Below the pieces are notes generated by a model. The model saw only the letters and a list, made by a program, of their open reading frames with translations, was not told where the DNA came from and did no database searches. From the IMG/VR virus record IMGVR_UViG_3300025466_000012, positions 32,001-96,000 of that record: 64,000 bases of DNA; one strand, given 5' to 3'. This stretch comes from a virus. Made by a program: the position numbers and the translations under genes. Shown here piece by piece: positions 28,973 to 38,826 of this stretch (its first letter is position 1; each line of letters starts with the position of its first letter).

Positions 28973-29675
28973 ACTTTGGGTATTTGGTGACAGCTATGCC
29001 ACTACAAATTTTTGCGTAGACGCCAAAGATTCTTTCTGGGGATTAACAGCTAATCTACTGTCGACGAACACAATTTTTAATTATGCCTGGCCAGGAAATA
29101 GTTTTGATAGTGTAGTTCATGTCATGATCAGTGAGCAGAATTCATATGATTGGAAAAAAGATTTTTTCCTGATTGGAGTTCCGCCATTGCCCCGACTAAC
29201 TGTAGTCAGTAAAGATGATAAAAAAACAACAATCGGCCATAAGATTGACCCTATTTCTTGGCAAGACGATGCATTCAATGTTTTGTGTCATCACGGTATG
29301 GAAAATATTTCAAGTCATGTAGATAAAAAATTTGCTATACATGAAGACAGCACATGGACCCAAACTCAAGCTATGCGTAATATTTTTTTATTAAATACCT
29401 GGTTAGATTCAAAAAATGCCAACTACTTAATATTGAATTTGTCTGTGGATTTTTATCAAGATAATTCATCTGTTGGAGATTTTTTATTAACACATTGTTT
29501 ATCTCATTCACGCAACATATTGTTCCAGGATGGATACTATTCTATTAATTTAAATGTCAATGAGCCAGCAGATTTTAAACAACACGGATGGATGGGCCAT
29601 CATGGACCTCGGGGTAATAGGCATTATTTTGAAAAATCAATCATACCAGCATTAGAAAGAAATAAATTAATTTAA
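28953..29675 (+). CDS. SGNH/GDSL hydrolase-like protein
   Basis: N-terminal VFGDSY and C-terminal GHHGPRGN; AT-rich insertion between primase and helicase; TTG start. Confidence 0.55.
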   Translation: MLKDYDKLWVFGDSYATTNFCVDAKDSFWGLTANLLSTNTIFNYAWPGNSFDSVVHVMISEQNSYDWKKDFFLIGVPPLPRLTVVSKDDKKTTIGHKIDPISWQDDAFNVLCHHGMENISSHVDKKFAIHEDSTWTQTQAMRNIFLLNTWLDSKNANYLILNLSVDFYQDNSSVGDFLLTHCLSHSRNILFQDGYYSINLNVNEPADFKQHGWMGHHGPRGNRHYFEKSIIPALERNKLI

Positions 29676-29684
29676 AGGAATCGC

Positions 29685-31082
29685 ATGCTTAAAGATTACG
29701 GACTTGAAGTCCAACGCCTGTTCCTAGAAATGATGTTGCAAGACGCAGAAAGCTATGTGCGTGTGCAAAACATCTACAATCCGGAAAACTTTGATAGAAG
29801 CCTAAGATCAGCAGCCCAGTTCATCGCCGACCACAGCGACCAACACAAAACCTTGCCCACAGTGGCACAGATTTCGGCCAGTACCGGAATCGTGCTAGAA
29901 CACTTGCCTGACCTCAACGAAGGGCATTTTGAATGGTTCATGGCCGAGTTTGAGCAGTTTACTAGACGCCAAGAACTGGAACGTGCGATCTTGAAAAGCG
30001 CCGATCTCCTGGAAAAAGGCGAGTACGATCCGGTAGAAAAACTGATCAAGGACGCGGTACAGATCAGTTTGACCAAGGACATGGGCACAGACTACTGGGC
30101 CGATCCCAGAGCCAGGATTGATCGATACTTTAATTCAGGTGGACAAGTCAGCACAGGCTGGCCGCAGATGGATCGTATCTTGTACGGTGGATTCAGCAGA
30201 GGTGAACTCAATATATTTGCTGGTGGATCGGGATCAGGCAAGAGTCTTGTCATGATGAACATAGCCTTGAGCTGGTTGCAGATGGGACTGAGTGGTGTGT
30301 ATGTGAGTCTAGAATTGAGCGAAGAACTGTGTGCGCTCAGGACCGATGCCATGCTGGCTGGCATGAGCACCAAGGAGATCCGCAAGGACATTGACCAAAC
30401 CGAACTCAAGGTCAAGCTGGTCAGTAAAAAAGCCGGACAGTATAGAATCAAGGCCTTGCCGGCACAGAGCAACATCAACGATATCCGCAGTTATATCAAA
30501 GAAGTGCAGGTGCAGACTGGCATACGTGTGGACTTTGTCATGGTTGACTACCTGGATCTCTTGATGCCGGTCAGTGCCAAAGTCAGCCCCAATGACCTAT
30601 TTGTCAAAGACAAGTATGTGAGTGAGGAATTGCGTAACCTGGCCAAGGAACTCAATGTGCTGTTTGTGACAGCAAGTCAGTTGAATAGATCGGCCGTGGA
30701 AGAAGTGGAATTCGATCACAGTCATATATCGGGTGGTATCAGTAAAATCAACACAGCTGACAATGTGTTTGGTATCTTTACCAGTCGAGCCATGCGTGAA
30801 CGTGGCAAGTATCAGATACAATGCATGAAATCTCGTAGCAGTACTGGTGTGGGCATGAAGATTGACCTAGACTACAACATTGAAACCATGCGTATCACAG
30901 ACCCTGGCGAGGAAGAACAAAATAGTTTCAAACGTCCGGGTGGCAACCTCATGGACAGTATCCGTGCCAAGAGTACAGTGACTGCCGCAGATGTGCCGTT
31001 TGAACCAGACAGCGCAGTTGGCGCAGTGGATATACAAAGTGCCAAACTCAAACAATTACTGGGCAAGATCAAGACTGGTTGA
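29685..31082 (+). CDS. dnaB: Replicative DnaB-like helicase (gp41-like)
   Basis: Walker A GGSGSGKS; VMVDYLDL, TASQLNR and KSRSS motifs. Confidence 0.92.
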   Translation: MLKDYGLEVQRLFLEMMLQDAESYVRVQNIYNPENFDRSLRSAAQFIADHSDQHKTLPTVAQISASTGIVLEHLPDLNEGHFEWFMAEFEQFTRRQELERAILKSADLLEKGEYDPVEKLIKDAVQISLTKDMGTDYWADPRARIDRYFNSGGQVSTGWPQMDRILYGGFSRGELNIFAGGSGSGKSLVMMNIALSWLQMGLSGVYVSLELSEELCALRTDAMLAGMSTKEIRKDIDQTELKVKLVSKKAGQYRIKALPAQSNINDIRSYIKEVQVQTGIRVDFVMVDYLDLLMPVSAKVSPNDLFVKDKYVSEELRNLAKELNVLFVTASQLNRSAVEEVEFDHSHISGGISKINTADNVFGIFTSRAMRERGKYQIQCMKSRSSTGVGMKIDLDYNIETMRITDPGEEEQNSFKRPGGNLMDSIRAKSTVTAADVPFEPDSAVGAVDIQSAKLKQLLGKIKTG

Positions 31083-31136
31083 TTGGGACTCGATTGATCA
31101 GTGATCCATAAATAATAAAAAGATCCTGGACCCCAT

Positions 31137-31385
31137 ATGCAAAAGAAAACTCGTAGTATCCTGGAAGAACTAGAAAATCTCTATGCCGAGCGAGACAGCC
31201 GTCACGTGATCGAAAATCGTGCTGCCAACGTGATTGCCAGCGCCATACGCTTGCTGGAACAGATTGATTCCAGCTATACCAGCGAGCAGGCCGAAAATCT
31301 ACAACGCAAGTTGATCAATGCCATACGATTGAGAGATCCAGCCAAGTTCACCAGAACCGTGAGACGCACCGATGCAAATTCATGA
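31137..31385 (+). CDS. Hypothetical late protein
   Basis: ATAAATA at 31108-14; intact ORF. Confidence 0.65.
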   Translation: MQKKTRSILEELENLYAERDSRHVIENRAANVIASAIRLLEQIDSSYTSEQAENLQRKLINAIRLRDPAKFTRTVRRTDANS

Positions 31386-32220
31386 ACTGACTCTATCGCG
31401 CAAGCCGCAACTGAATGAAATCTTTGGCTTGGGCAAAAGCAAACAAGACAAAATAAATGCCCAGGCGGCCAAGTACGCCGGCAAATTACAAAAAAAAGTC
31501 AGCCAAAATGCAGGAACCACAGCACCATTGCAGACCGATGCCACACGCATGGCACAGGCCTCGGCCAAATTCCACGCCAATCCGGCTGCCCAACAATGGG
31601 TCAATAATGCTGTGGCCAAGTGGCCATCCGCAGCTGCAACTATAAAAGCCCAGGCACAACCCACAACAACCAACGCACCTGTGGCTTCGGCTTCCACTGC
31701 TGGCTCGGCTCCGGTCAGTATAGGTGGACAAACGCTGGATCCCAACAATCCGGCCCACGCACAGATACTGAGTCAGATGAAAAAACAGGGTATTTCAGAA
31801 GCCGCTGCCGGAGACAATTATGCCACACTGTTCCGCACCTGGGCCAATCAACAGCTCAGAACTGTCACACTGGATGCGCTAGAGCAGAATGCTGAGGTCA
31901 AAAACAAGCTAGAGTCGCTGATAACCCAGATCGAAGCCACGCAGAACAATTTGCCAGCCCAGACCAAATTGGTGGCTGAGTTTTTGAGTACGGCCGTGAT
32001 CGCCAACCATGTGGTTCAGGACCAGGCTCGTCAAGGACAATACAGTCCACAGACCCGTGCTGATGCCAACACCGAGTCTTCTATCAAACTGGATCCCATA
32101 CAACAACTCAATCTCAAACGACAGGCACGAGCCGCCGGAATTACCCAGGCCAGAACGACCGGCAATACCGACTTGGACGATTTCCTTCGACAAAACATGG
32201 GCATACGGATCACAGGATGA
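31372..32220 (+). CDS. Hypothetical Ala/Gln-rich putative internal head protein
   Basis: Starts MQIHEL; QLNE and ISEA sites. Confidence 0.55.
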   Translation: MQIHELTLSRKPQLNEIFGLGKSKQDKINAQAAKYAGKLQKKVSQNAGTTAPLQTDATRMAQASAKFHANPAAQQWVNNAVAKWPSAAATIKAQAQPTTTNAPVASASTAGSAPVSIGGQTLDPNNPAHAQILSQMKKQGISEAAAGDNYATLFRTWANQQLRTVTLDALEQNAEVKNKLESLITQIEATQNNLPAQTKLVAEFLSTAVIANHVVQDQARQGQYSPQTRADANTESSIKLDPIQQLNLKRQARAAGITQARTTGNTDLDDFLRQNMGIRITG

Positions 32221-34193
32221 ATATATTCGAAGGTGGCAACGTATTCAAAGATGCAGACGGTCGTGCGCTCACACAGCGTATCAATCAGGCCGATGTTGAT
32301 CCGACAGTCAATTGGCTGGAGCAGTTGACTGGTCTTGATCTACACGGCGACTTGGATCCTGACACAGCCGATTCGCAACACCCCGAAGGATATCCAGAAA
32401 AATGGTTGGGCACCACTGGCAAAAAACCCACATCGGGCGACCTAGATCTTGATTCAAGTGACACAACCAAAGATGCCTTACAACAGCGATTGACCCAATG
32501 GTGTGTCAGTCACAACCTGAACCCTCAAGAGTATGTTAAAAAAACTGGCAGTATTGTGCATTTCAGGACTCCAATCACAGGACGCCCTGATCAGGGCTAT
32601 GTGCAAACAGATTTTACATTTTTACCAAAACCACCATGGGGCCGATTTGTGCTCAGCGGCGGATCAGGTAGCCAATACAAAGGTCGTGAACGCAACGTCA
32701 TGATGAATTCGATAGCCAAAAGCATGGGCTATAAACTGAATCAAAACGATGGCATTGCCGACCGTGCTACCAACCAATTGATTACCGACGATCCAGACAA
32801 GACAGCCAAGCTGTTGTTAAATCCGCGTGCTACCCGTAGTGATCTACGTAATGTAGAAACTATATTGAAAGCCTTGGAACGAGATCCCAAACGCGATGCC
32901 AAATTGGCCGACTTCCGCGAACACATGAAACGCGAAGGCATTCCGTTTATGGAAACGGCCAACTCCGACCCTTATATCGAATACAGTGATGTGAACTTTC
33001 TGGCACGTCTGCGAGATCGTATCGTGAATCAGGGCATGCAGATCATCATCGAAGCAGATGTACAAGGCGGTCGTGCCAAAGGAATTGAGCATCTGGAAGA
33101 TCTTGTGTTCCGCAACGGCAGTGCTGGCATCAAACGAGCCATGGATATCGTCAAACACACAGCCGCTGATACTGGACGCACAGCCACAGTCAAATGGGAT
33201 GGTCGACCAGCCCTGGTATTTGGTCGCGAACCCGATGGCACCTTTGTGCTGACCGATGTGGCCGGATTTACAGCCCGAGGCTACAACGGCCTGTTCACCA
33301 GTCCCAAGCAGGCCATCTCTTTGCTGGCACAACGTGATCAAGAAGCCCAGCGTCAAGGACGTCCGGCCGGACGTGTGGCCTATCTTGGTCCCATCTATGA
33401 AAAACTATGGCCCATGCTGAGTGCAAGTTTGCCCAAGGATTTCCGTGGCTATGTGCAAGGCGATCTATTGTATACCGATCGTCCTGACGAAGAGGCTGGT
33501 AATTTTGTGTTCACGCCCAATGCCATCACGTACCGTATACCCATCGCCAGCGACATTGGACAGCGTATAGCACAAAGTGAAGTGGGCATAGCCATGCACA
33601 CACGCTATGCCGAACCTGGTGCCCCCAAAGAACCCATTGGCTCGATTGATTTTAAACGTGTGCCCGGTTTGTTATTGCTGGAACCGGTATACGCCAAAGA
33701 AAATGTGCGTCCAAATCGCAATCTAGTGCAGGCTCTGCGTAACGTGTATTCAGCATCGGGCTCGGCCATAGATGGACTATTCAACCCAGCCGAACTTAGA
33801 GCACTACAGATCACAGACTTGCCCAGACTGTGCATTGACTATATCAACAGTAGAGTGGGTACCGATTTTGACGACTTGGTCAACGGATTTGGTCCATGGT
33901 TGCAACGCACACAGACTCCTAGAAAGTATGCCAACATAGTGGAATACCTGACCAGTCCCAGAAGCAATCTTGAAGGCATGGCTGCTGCATTTGAAGCCTG
34001 GGCCCTACTACACGACATCAAGATGGACATACTGCGCCAACTGGATCTGCAACATCCAGGACAAGAAGGCTGGGTCATGGCCACCACAGGTGGCATGGCC
34101 AAGGCCGTGAATCGACTGGCTGGTGGATTTACTGCTGCCAACCGAGCCATAAACAATCCTGGACAAACCCCGGATTTTTCCTCTCCGGCATAA
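32217..34193 (+). CDS. Two-domain protein: Pol-beta-like nucleotidyltransferase plus KxDG ligase-like domain
   Basis: GTTGKKPTSGDLDL and VQTDF in the first domain; TVKWDG and VQGDLLY in the second; starts MNIFEG. Confidence 0.6.
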   Translation: MNIFEGGNVFKDADGRALTQRINQADVDPTVNWLEQLTGLDLHGDLDPDTADSQHPEGYPEKWLGTTGKKPTSGDLDLDSSDTTKDALQQRLTQWCVSHNLNPQEYVKKTGSIVHFRTPITGRPDQGYVQTDFTFLPKPPWGRFVLSGGSGSQYKGRERNVMMNSIAKSMGYKLNQNDGIADRATNQLITDDPDKTAKLLLNPRATRSDLRNVETILKALERDPKRDAKLADFREHMKREGIPFMETANSDPYIEYSDVNFLARLRDRIVNQGMQIIIEADVQGGRAKGIEHLEDLVFRNGSAGIKRAMDIVKHTAADTGRTATVKWDGRPALVFGREPDGTFVLTDVAGFTARGYNGLFTSPKQAISLLAQRDQEAQRQGRPAGRVAYLGPIYEKLWPMLSASLPKDFRGYVQGDLLYTDRPDEEAGNFVFTPNAITYRIPIASDIGQRIAQSEVGIAMHTRYAEPGAPKEPIGSIDFKRVPGLLLLEPVYAKENVRPNRNLVQALRNVYSASGSAIDGLFNPAELRALQITDLPRLCIDYINSRVGTDFDDLVNGFGPWLQRTQTPRKYANIVEYLTSPRSNLEGMAAAFEAWALLHDIKMDILRQLDLQHPGQEGWVMATTGGMAKAVNRLAGGFTAANRAINNPGQTPDFSSPA

Positions 34194-34236
34194 ATATTAG
34201 TAGGACCTCTGAGTCCATACACAAAGGAGAATCAAA

Positions 34237-34653
34237 ATGGCTTATATAACCGTAGTTTCCGGTGGCGCACAACCGGTATTCGCAACAGACGTATTAAATG
34301 GCTCTGTGGCTCAATCAGCAAACTTGGCTGCTCAACCAGTAACCAACTTCCAAGGTCCTAAATTAGACTTTTTTAGTTTGACAGCAAATGCCAATTTGTC
34401 TGTTGCAGGTGCAGGTAATGCAATGGGTTACGTTTCAAATGTATTGATGGCTATCCAGCAGATCAGCACAGTTGCAATGTACCAAGTCAGCCCAACTAAC
34501 CCACAAGTTTTAAACCTTGCAATTTTCCCAACTGGCGCTGCTAACACAGCTACATTGGTAGGTTTGGCTCAAACAGCCAATGCATCGGGTGGTTTAAACA
34601 TTGGTATTTCCACAGGCAATGTCAATACAACTGCTTCATTCGTAACACAGTAA
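34237..34653 (+). CDS. Small virion structural protein (possible capsid decoration)
   Basis: ATAAATA at 34190-96; AAGGAG RBS; Ala/Asn/Thr-rich; followed by a terminator. Confidence 0.55.
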   Translation: MAYITVVSGGAQPVFATDVLNGSVAQSANLAAQPVTNFQGPKLDFFSLTANANLSVAGAGNAMGYVSNVLMAIQQISTVAMYQVSPTNPQVLNLAIFPTGAANTATLVGLAQTANASGGLNIGISTGNVNTTASFVTQ

Positions 34654-34670
34654 TCGACTTTCGTCGTTAG

Positions 34671-34703
34671 AAAGCCCCGGCGTAAAATCCCGGGGTTTTT
34701 CTT
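34671..34703 (+). terminator. Rho-independent terminator
   Basis: GCCCCGG...CCGGGGT followed by TTTCTTT. Confidence 0.7.
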
Positions 34704-34736
34704 TGGCCGCATTGTGCGTACATAACTATATGCTAC

Positions 34737-35162
34737 ATGAGATTCTCTTGCACCACCTTGTTTGACATCACAGTTACCGGTATCACTGGACACTACAAGC
34801 CCGCACGAGTGCCGTTCCTGGACAGGGCCAACAATCGGATAGAAGATCAAGCTGCTTGGACCCGTGCCAGGAATCAACAACGCAACTGGGAAACCATCAA
34901 TCAGATCATAGGCCTACGTACCCAGATCACAGACTCCACTCTGCCGTCGCGGTCCGGACTATCGTGGACGTTTGAATTTGAAACCGAGACTCCGGGTGTG
35001 TACGGAACTGATGATGACCCAGTCTCTATACTGCTCAGCGATGCCCAAGGCGTGCCCATGATCGTGGATCTAGACAATCGTTCTGATTTGCCGGCCATGA
35101 TGATAGTGTCTGGTCCGTCTCAAAATATCTGGTTTGCGCCTGCAGAGCTAAATATATCATGA
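34737..35162 (+). CDS. Hypothetical protein
   Basis: Intact 141-aa ORF in a late cluster. Confidence 0.6.
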   Translation: MRFSCTTLFDITVTGITGHYKPARVPFLDRANNRIEDQAAWTRARNQQRNWETINQIIGLRTQITDSTLPSRSGLSWTFEFETETPGVYGTDDDPVSILLSDAQGVPMIVDLDNRSDLPAMMIVSGPSQNIWFAPAELNIS

Positions 35163-35422
35163 GCTCAACTACTGACATAGAGAAAAAAAGCCTCGAAGCA
35201 CATGTGGAACTGTGTGCCGAGCGATATAATGCACTGGAAACACGCATAGATAATGTGGACGAAAAGATCTCCACTCTCAGTCTCATGGTAGAAAAAGTAC
35301 ATGTAATGTTGCAAAAAATGTCAACCAAGCGCAACGATCAACTCATCACCTGGGGAGCAGGTCTGATTGGTGTATTGCTCAGCATCATTGGTTGGTTAAT
35401 CTCACACTACGCGGTAAAATGA
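35159..35422 (+). CDS. Small coiled-coil protein with a C-terminal transmembrane helix
   Basis: Heptad region followed by LITWGAGLIGVLLSIIGWLI. Confidence 0.6.
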   Translation: MSSTTDIEKKSLEAHVELCAERYNALETRIDNVDEKISTLSLMVEKVHVMLQKMSTKRNDQLITWGAGLIGVLLSIIGWLISHYAVK

Positions 35423-35922
35423 ACATAGATCAACAGATTGAACGGTCTCTTGCGACTGAATTTCCTAAATTATTAAAATTGTTTGTGTGTAAAACAGACA
35501 GCGGCGAATACGAAGCATTTGGCAAATACCGTATAGTGCCCGAAAAACCTGGCTATCGAGTATTTTGTTCGGCCACTGACGTGGGTGTGTTTGCCAACAC
35601 ACGCAATGCCATCAGTTGGTGTGTGGCCGACAAATATCGTTGCTACGATCTGGCACGTGATCTGCTGTGGTTGGATCAAAAACTCACAGCCATCACCGAT
35701 GATATCACGGTGCGTGCAGCAGTAGGCGATCGCAGTTCCGACCCGCAATTTCGAGAAGATATAACCATCAAGCTGGAAGGCAAGATCATCATGAAAAAAC
35801 AGCTGGAACTTCAATTGATCAATTGTGTCGAAAAGGCTAAATATTATCAACAACGAGGATTCGATAATGAAACTGCAAGAACTATCCGCAAGCCCAACAA
35901 AACAAGCCGCAAAGGTATTTGA
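35419..35922 (+). CDS. Hypothetical protein
   Basis: ATGA-type overlap with the upstream gene. Confidence 0.6.
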   Translation: MNIDQQIERSLATEFPKLLKLFVCKTDSGEYEAFGKYRIVPEKPGYRVFCSATDVGVFANTRNAISWCVADKYRCYDLARDLLWLDQKLTAITDDITVRAAVGDRSSDPQFREDITIKLEGKIIMKKQLELQLINCVEKAKYYQQRGFDNETARTIRKPNKTSRKGI

Positions 35923-36760
35923 AAGCTATTTTGGTGGTCGCGTGCGACCCGGCAACATGACCAAGAGTCAGGCACGCAATCTGCTACAACGTGTGCGTGG
36001 TCTGGTGCAAGAACACCGTGCTACTCCAGATTTTCATCACAGCGAACGCGATCCGGCTTATCTCAAGTTGATCATGATGGAACAGGTATTGAGCTCGCGT
36101 CTCAAAGAAGACATGATGCCGCCTCCAACACAGACACAGACACAGAGCCCGGCACAAGCAGCAGCCATGGCTGCACAAAATCTTTCTCAGAAGAAAAAAG
36201 CCGACCAAGATCAGCTCAAACAGATCGATGACCAGATACGTGCATTGCAAGCACAACGTAGCCAGATACAACAGCAAATGAATTCGCCAACCATGGAAAA
36301 TCGTGGTAGACGCAATAGCCTGTATCGTCGCTTGAGCGAAAGCGAAATACAGCAGGCACAAGTGGTTTTGGCTGCGCAGGACATGGTAGATCGTGTACAA
36401 AAGATACTGGAAGACGTGACCAGCATGCAGTTCAAAGATTTGCCAGCTTTGGCAGATCAGATCAAGAACGAAGTTGGCGCACAACAGGCCGCACAGTTCA
36501 ACCAAGATGCCTCAGCTGCCTTGGGTGGCCTGGTACAAAACCTACAGGCCAGCAAACAGCAACTGGAACAGGCCCTGAGTGTGGTAACCGGACAAGATGC
36601 CGGCATGCCTCCGGCCATGGGTGCAGTGGACAGTGAACAGCCCGCGATGGGCGAACCTGAACCAGCACCTGATGCTGGCAACAGTGATCTAGAAGCCGAC
36701 ATGGATCTGGACTCCAATCTAGGCTCGCCTCCGGCTGCACTGGGTCGTGGTCGCAGATAA
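35867..36760 (+). CDS. Coiled-coil putative prohead core or internal protein
   Basis: CTAAATA at 35837-43; starts MKLQEL; sites LKED, TMEN and LSES. Confidence 0.5.
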   Translation: MKLQELSASPTKQAAKVFESYFGGRVRPGNMTKSQARNLLQRVRGLVQEHRATPDFHHSERDPAYLKLIMMEQVLSSRLKEDMMPPPTQTQTQSPAQAAAMAAQNLSQKKKADQDQLKQIDDQIRALQAQRSQIQQQMNSPTMENRGRRNSLYRRLSESEIQQAQVVLAAQDMVDRVQKILEDVTSMQFKDLPALADQIKNEVGAQQAAQFNQDASAALGGLVQNLQASKQQLEQALSVVTGQDAGMPPAMGAVDSEQPAMGEPEPAPDAGNSDLEADMDLDSNLGSPPAALGRGRR

Positions 36761-37107
36761 TGCGCATGAGAGAAATATTTGAGGGCAACGACGTCAGCTC
36801 TCAAAAACTACTGGCCTTGAGTCAGTTCTTGGCTGGTCGAGCCAACGATCAAAATGCCCAAAAACAGATCAGCACTGACGCTTTTATCCAGGCTGCCAAA
36901 AGTCTAGGAGTAGAACTCAATGCCAACAATCTTTCTGATTACCTGCAACAAGAACCGCTCAAGGACATACTTGAGCCCATGGATCCGGGGTCGGATGTGA
37001 TACGTTTTGTTGGCAACCCTGCCGGTGGAGATGTGGGCATGCCGGTAGACCAGGCCCGAGCCGTGGTAGACAAAAACGCCAAGGCAGCTCTAAAAAGACG
37101 CACCTAA
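36760..37107 (+). CDS. Hypothetical protein with capsid-targeting-like N-terminus
   Basis: Starts MRMREIFEG. Confidence 0.6.
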   Translation: MRMREIFEGNDVSSQKLLALSQFLAGRANDQNAQKQISTDAFIQAAKSLGVELNANNLSDYLQQEPLKDILEPMDPGSDVIRFVGNPAGGDVGMPVDQARAVVDKNAKAALKRRT

Positions 37108-37111
37108 ATGG

Positions 37112-37140
37112 TTGACAATCTGTTATAAGTATACTACACT
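37112..37140 (+). promoter_or_regulatory. Sigma70-type promoter
   Basis: TTGACA, 17-nt spacer, TACACT, upstream of the envelope protein genes. Confidence 0.55.
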
Positions 37141-37159
37141 TATACACTAGGAGTTGACC

Positions 37160-37465
37160 ATGAAAAAACTTATTGCAACAGGTATTCTAACACTCGCTGT
37201 GACCAGTTCACTACCAGCTGAAGCACATTGGCGCAACGGTTGTTGCTATCGCGGTTACAGTGGCTGGGTGGCGCCGGCCTTGATTGGTGGTGTGATCGGT
37301 TACGAACTGTCGAGACCCTATTACTATGCTCCGCCGCCAGTGGTACTAGTTCAACCGCCGGTAGTGGTTCAACAACCGACTCCGGTTGATCCCCCAGGAT
37401 ATCATTGGCAACAGATGACAGATCCACAAACTGGCCAAAGCAAAATGGCCTTGATACCAAACTAA
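37160..37465 (+). CDS. Exported proline-rich small protein
   Basis: Signal peptide ending AEA; WVAPALIGGVIG; PPPVV tract. Confidence 0.7.
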   Translation: MKKLIATGILTLAVTSSLPAEAHWRNGCCYRGYSGWVAPALIGGVIGYELSRPYYYAPPPVVLVQPPVVVQQPTPVDPPGYHWQQMTDPQTGQSKMALIPN

Positions 37466-37473
37466 AGGAAATT

Positions 37474-38061
37474 ATGAAATCGTTATTGTTAGCATTATTA
37501 GTAGTAACAGGGGCCGCACAAGCTTCTAACAACTGGACCGGACTAGCTGGTCCAGTGACCAATTCCACTGGATTATGCTGGAGAAACAGTGCATGGACAC
37601 CGGCCACAGCCGAAACCAACTGCGACGGAGCCACACAGCCAGCGATCACAAAATCTGCCGAGCCTGTTGTTGTGCCCAAAGTTGAAAAATCAGTCGCAAT
37701 CGTGCAATTGCCTCCAGTGACATATTTGGCACAGTCCTTGTTCGATTTTGACCGTGCCGTGATCAAACCACAAGGTCTTCACACTCTTGATCAATTGGTA
37801 AAACGGTTAAAATCGGTCCATGTTGACAGCGTGATCGTGGTGGGACACACCGACAGTGTGGGCACCGATGCTTACAACATGCGATTGGGGCAACGACGAG
37901 CTCGAGCAGTGGCTGATTATCTGATCGGGCAAGGCATAGAGGCCAATCGTGTGTTTGCTGACAGCAAAGGCGAACGCGAGCCAGCTAGCACCAACAGCAC
38001 AGCATATGGTCGTTCCATGAATCGACGAGTGGTTGTAGAAGTCTACGGAACAGCCGACTGA
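37474..38061 (+). CDS. ompA: OmpA-family peptidoglycan-binding protein (betaproteobacterial type)
   Basis: Signal peptide; CWRNSAWTPATA...CDG; FDFD, GHTDSVG, YNMRLGQRRA and NRRV motifs. Confidence 0.9.
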   Translation: MKSLLLALLVVTGAAQASNNWTGLAGPVTNSTGLCWRNSAWTPATAETNCDGATQPAITKSAEPVVVPKVEKSVAIVQLPPVTYLAQSLFDFDRAVIKPQGLHTLDQLVKRLKSVHVDSVIVVGHTDSVGTDAYNMRLGQRRARAVADYLIGQGIEANRVFADSKGEREPASTNSTAYGRSMNRRVVVEVYGTAD

Positions 38062-38150
38062 TGGCCTATTCAGAAAAGTTACTCGATCATTATGAGAATC
38101 CACGCAATGTGGGTTCTTTTGCCAAAGACGAGGAAGGCATAGGCACCTGA
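38061..38150 (+). pseudogene. iscU: Truncated iscU 5' remnant (29 codons)
   Basis: Translates MAYSEKLLDHYENPRNVGSFAKDEEGIGT-stop, paralogous to the start of 38816. Confidence 0.9.
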
Positions 38151-38226
38151 ATTAAAAAACGTGTATAATCTTAATATAGGCATTTATAAATGACCACATA
38201 CAGGTACTCCAAGACTAAATACTTAT

Positions 38227-38826
38227 ATGAAAAGCAAGTATGGTTTAATTAAAAAATGTCTTCATTGTAACCAAGATTTTGAAACAAAACCTAGATACTT
38301 AGAGTATTGTTCAACTCCTTGTAAAAATCCAATCAATCGTCCTGGAAACACTGCTTGGAATAAAGGTATTAAACTTACTAACGAACAAAAGTCTAAATTA
38401 AATATCGAAGGTCTTAAAAAAGGACACGGTTGGAATAAAGGTTTACCAAACAAAAGACAGAGTCAAAAATGGAAAGAAAATAATCCTAATGCAGACGGCA
38501 AATTAAATAATCTAAGAACTAAAAAACCTTGTAACGATGCTCTCAAACTTTATCGAGGAAAAGTTCGTTATGCTACATATAGAACTATTAAAGAAATGAA
38601 AGTTAATAATGAGTGGGTTCCTGTGTTTGGCAAATATAAACATAGTTGGCAAATAGATCATATCATTCCTATAGTTCAAGGGTTTGAATTGGGAATAGAT
38701 CCCTATTTACTTGGTAGTAAAAAAAATATACAATTTATTAAAGGTGAAGAAAACAGATCCAAGTGGGATAGTTTTCAAACTAACGATGTAATAGAGTCAA
38801 TAACAGGAGAAACATATGGCTTATAG
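38227..38826 (+). mobile_element. Free-standing HNH homing endonuclease-like gene
   Basis: WQIDHIIP...NIQFI...EN..K; repeated AWNKG (NUMOD-like) segments; AT-rich; upstream CTAAATA. Confidence 0.75.
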
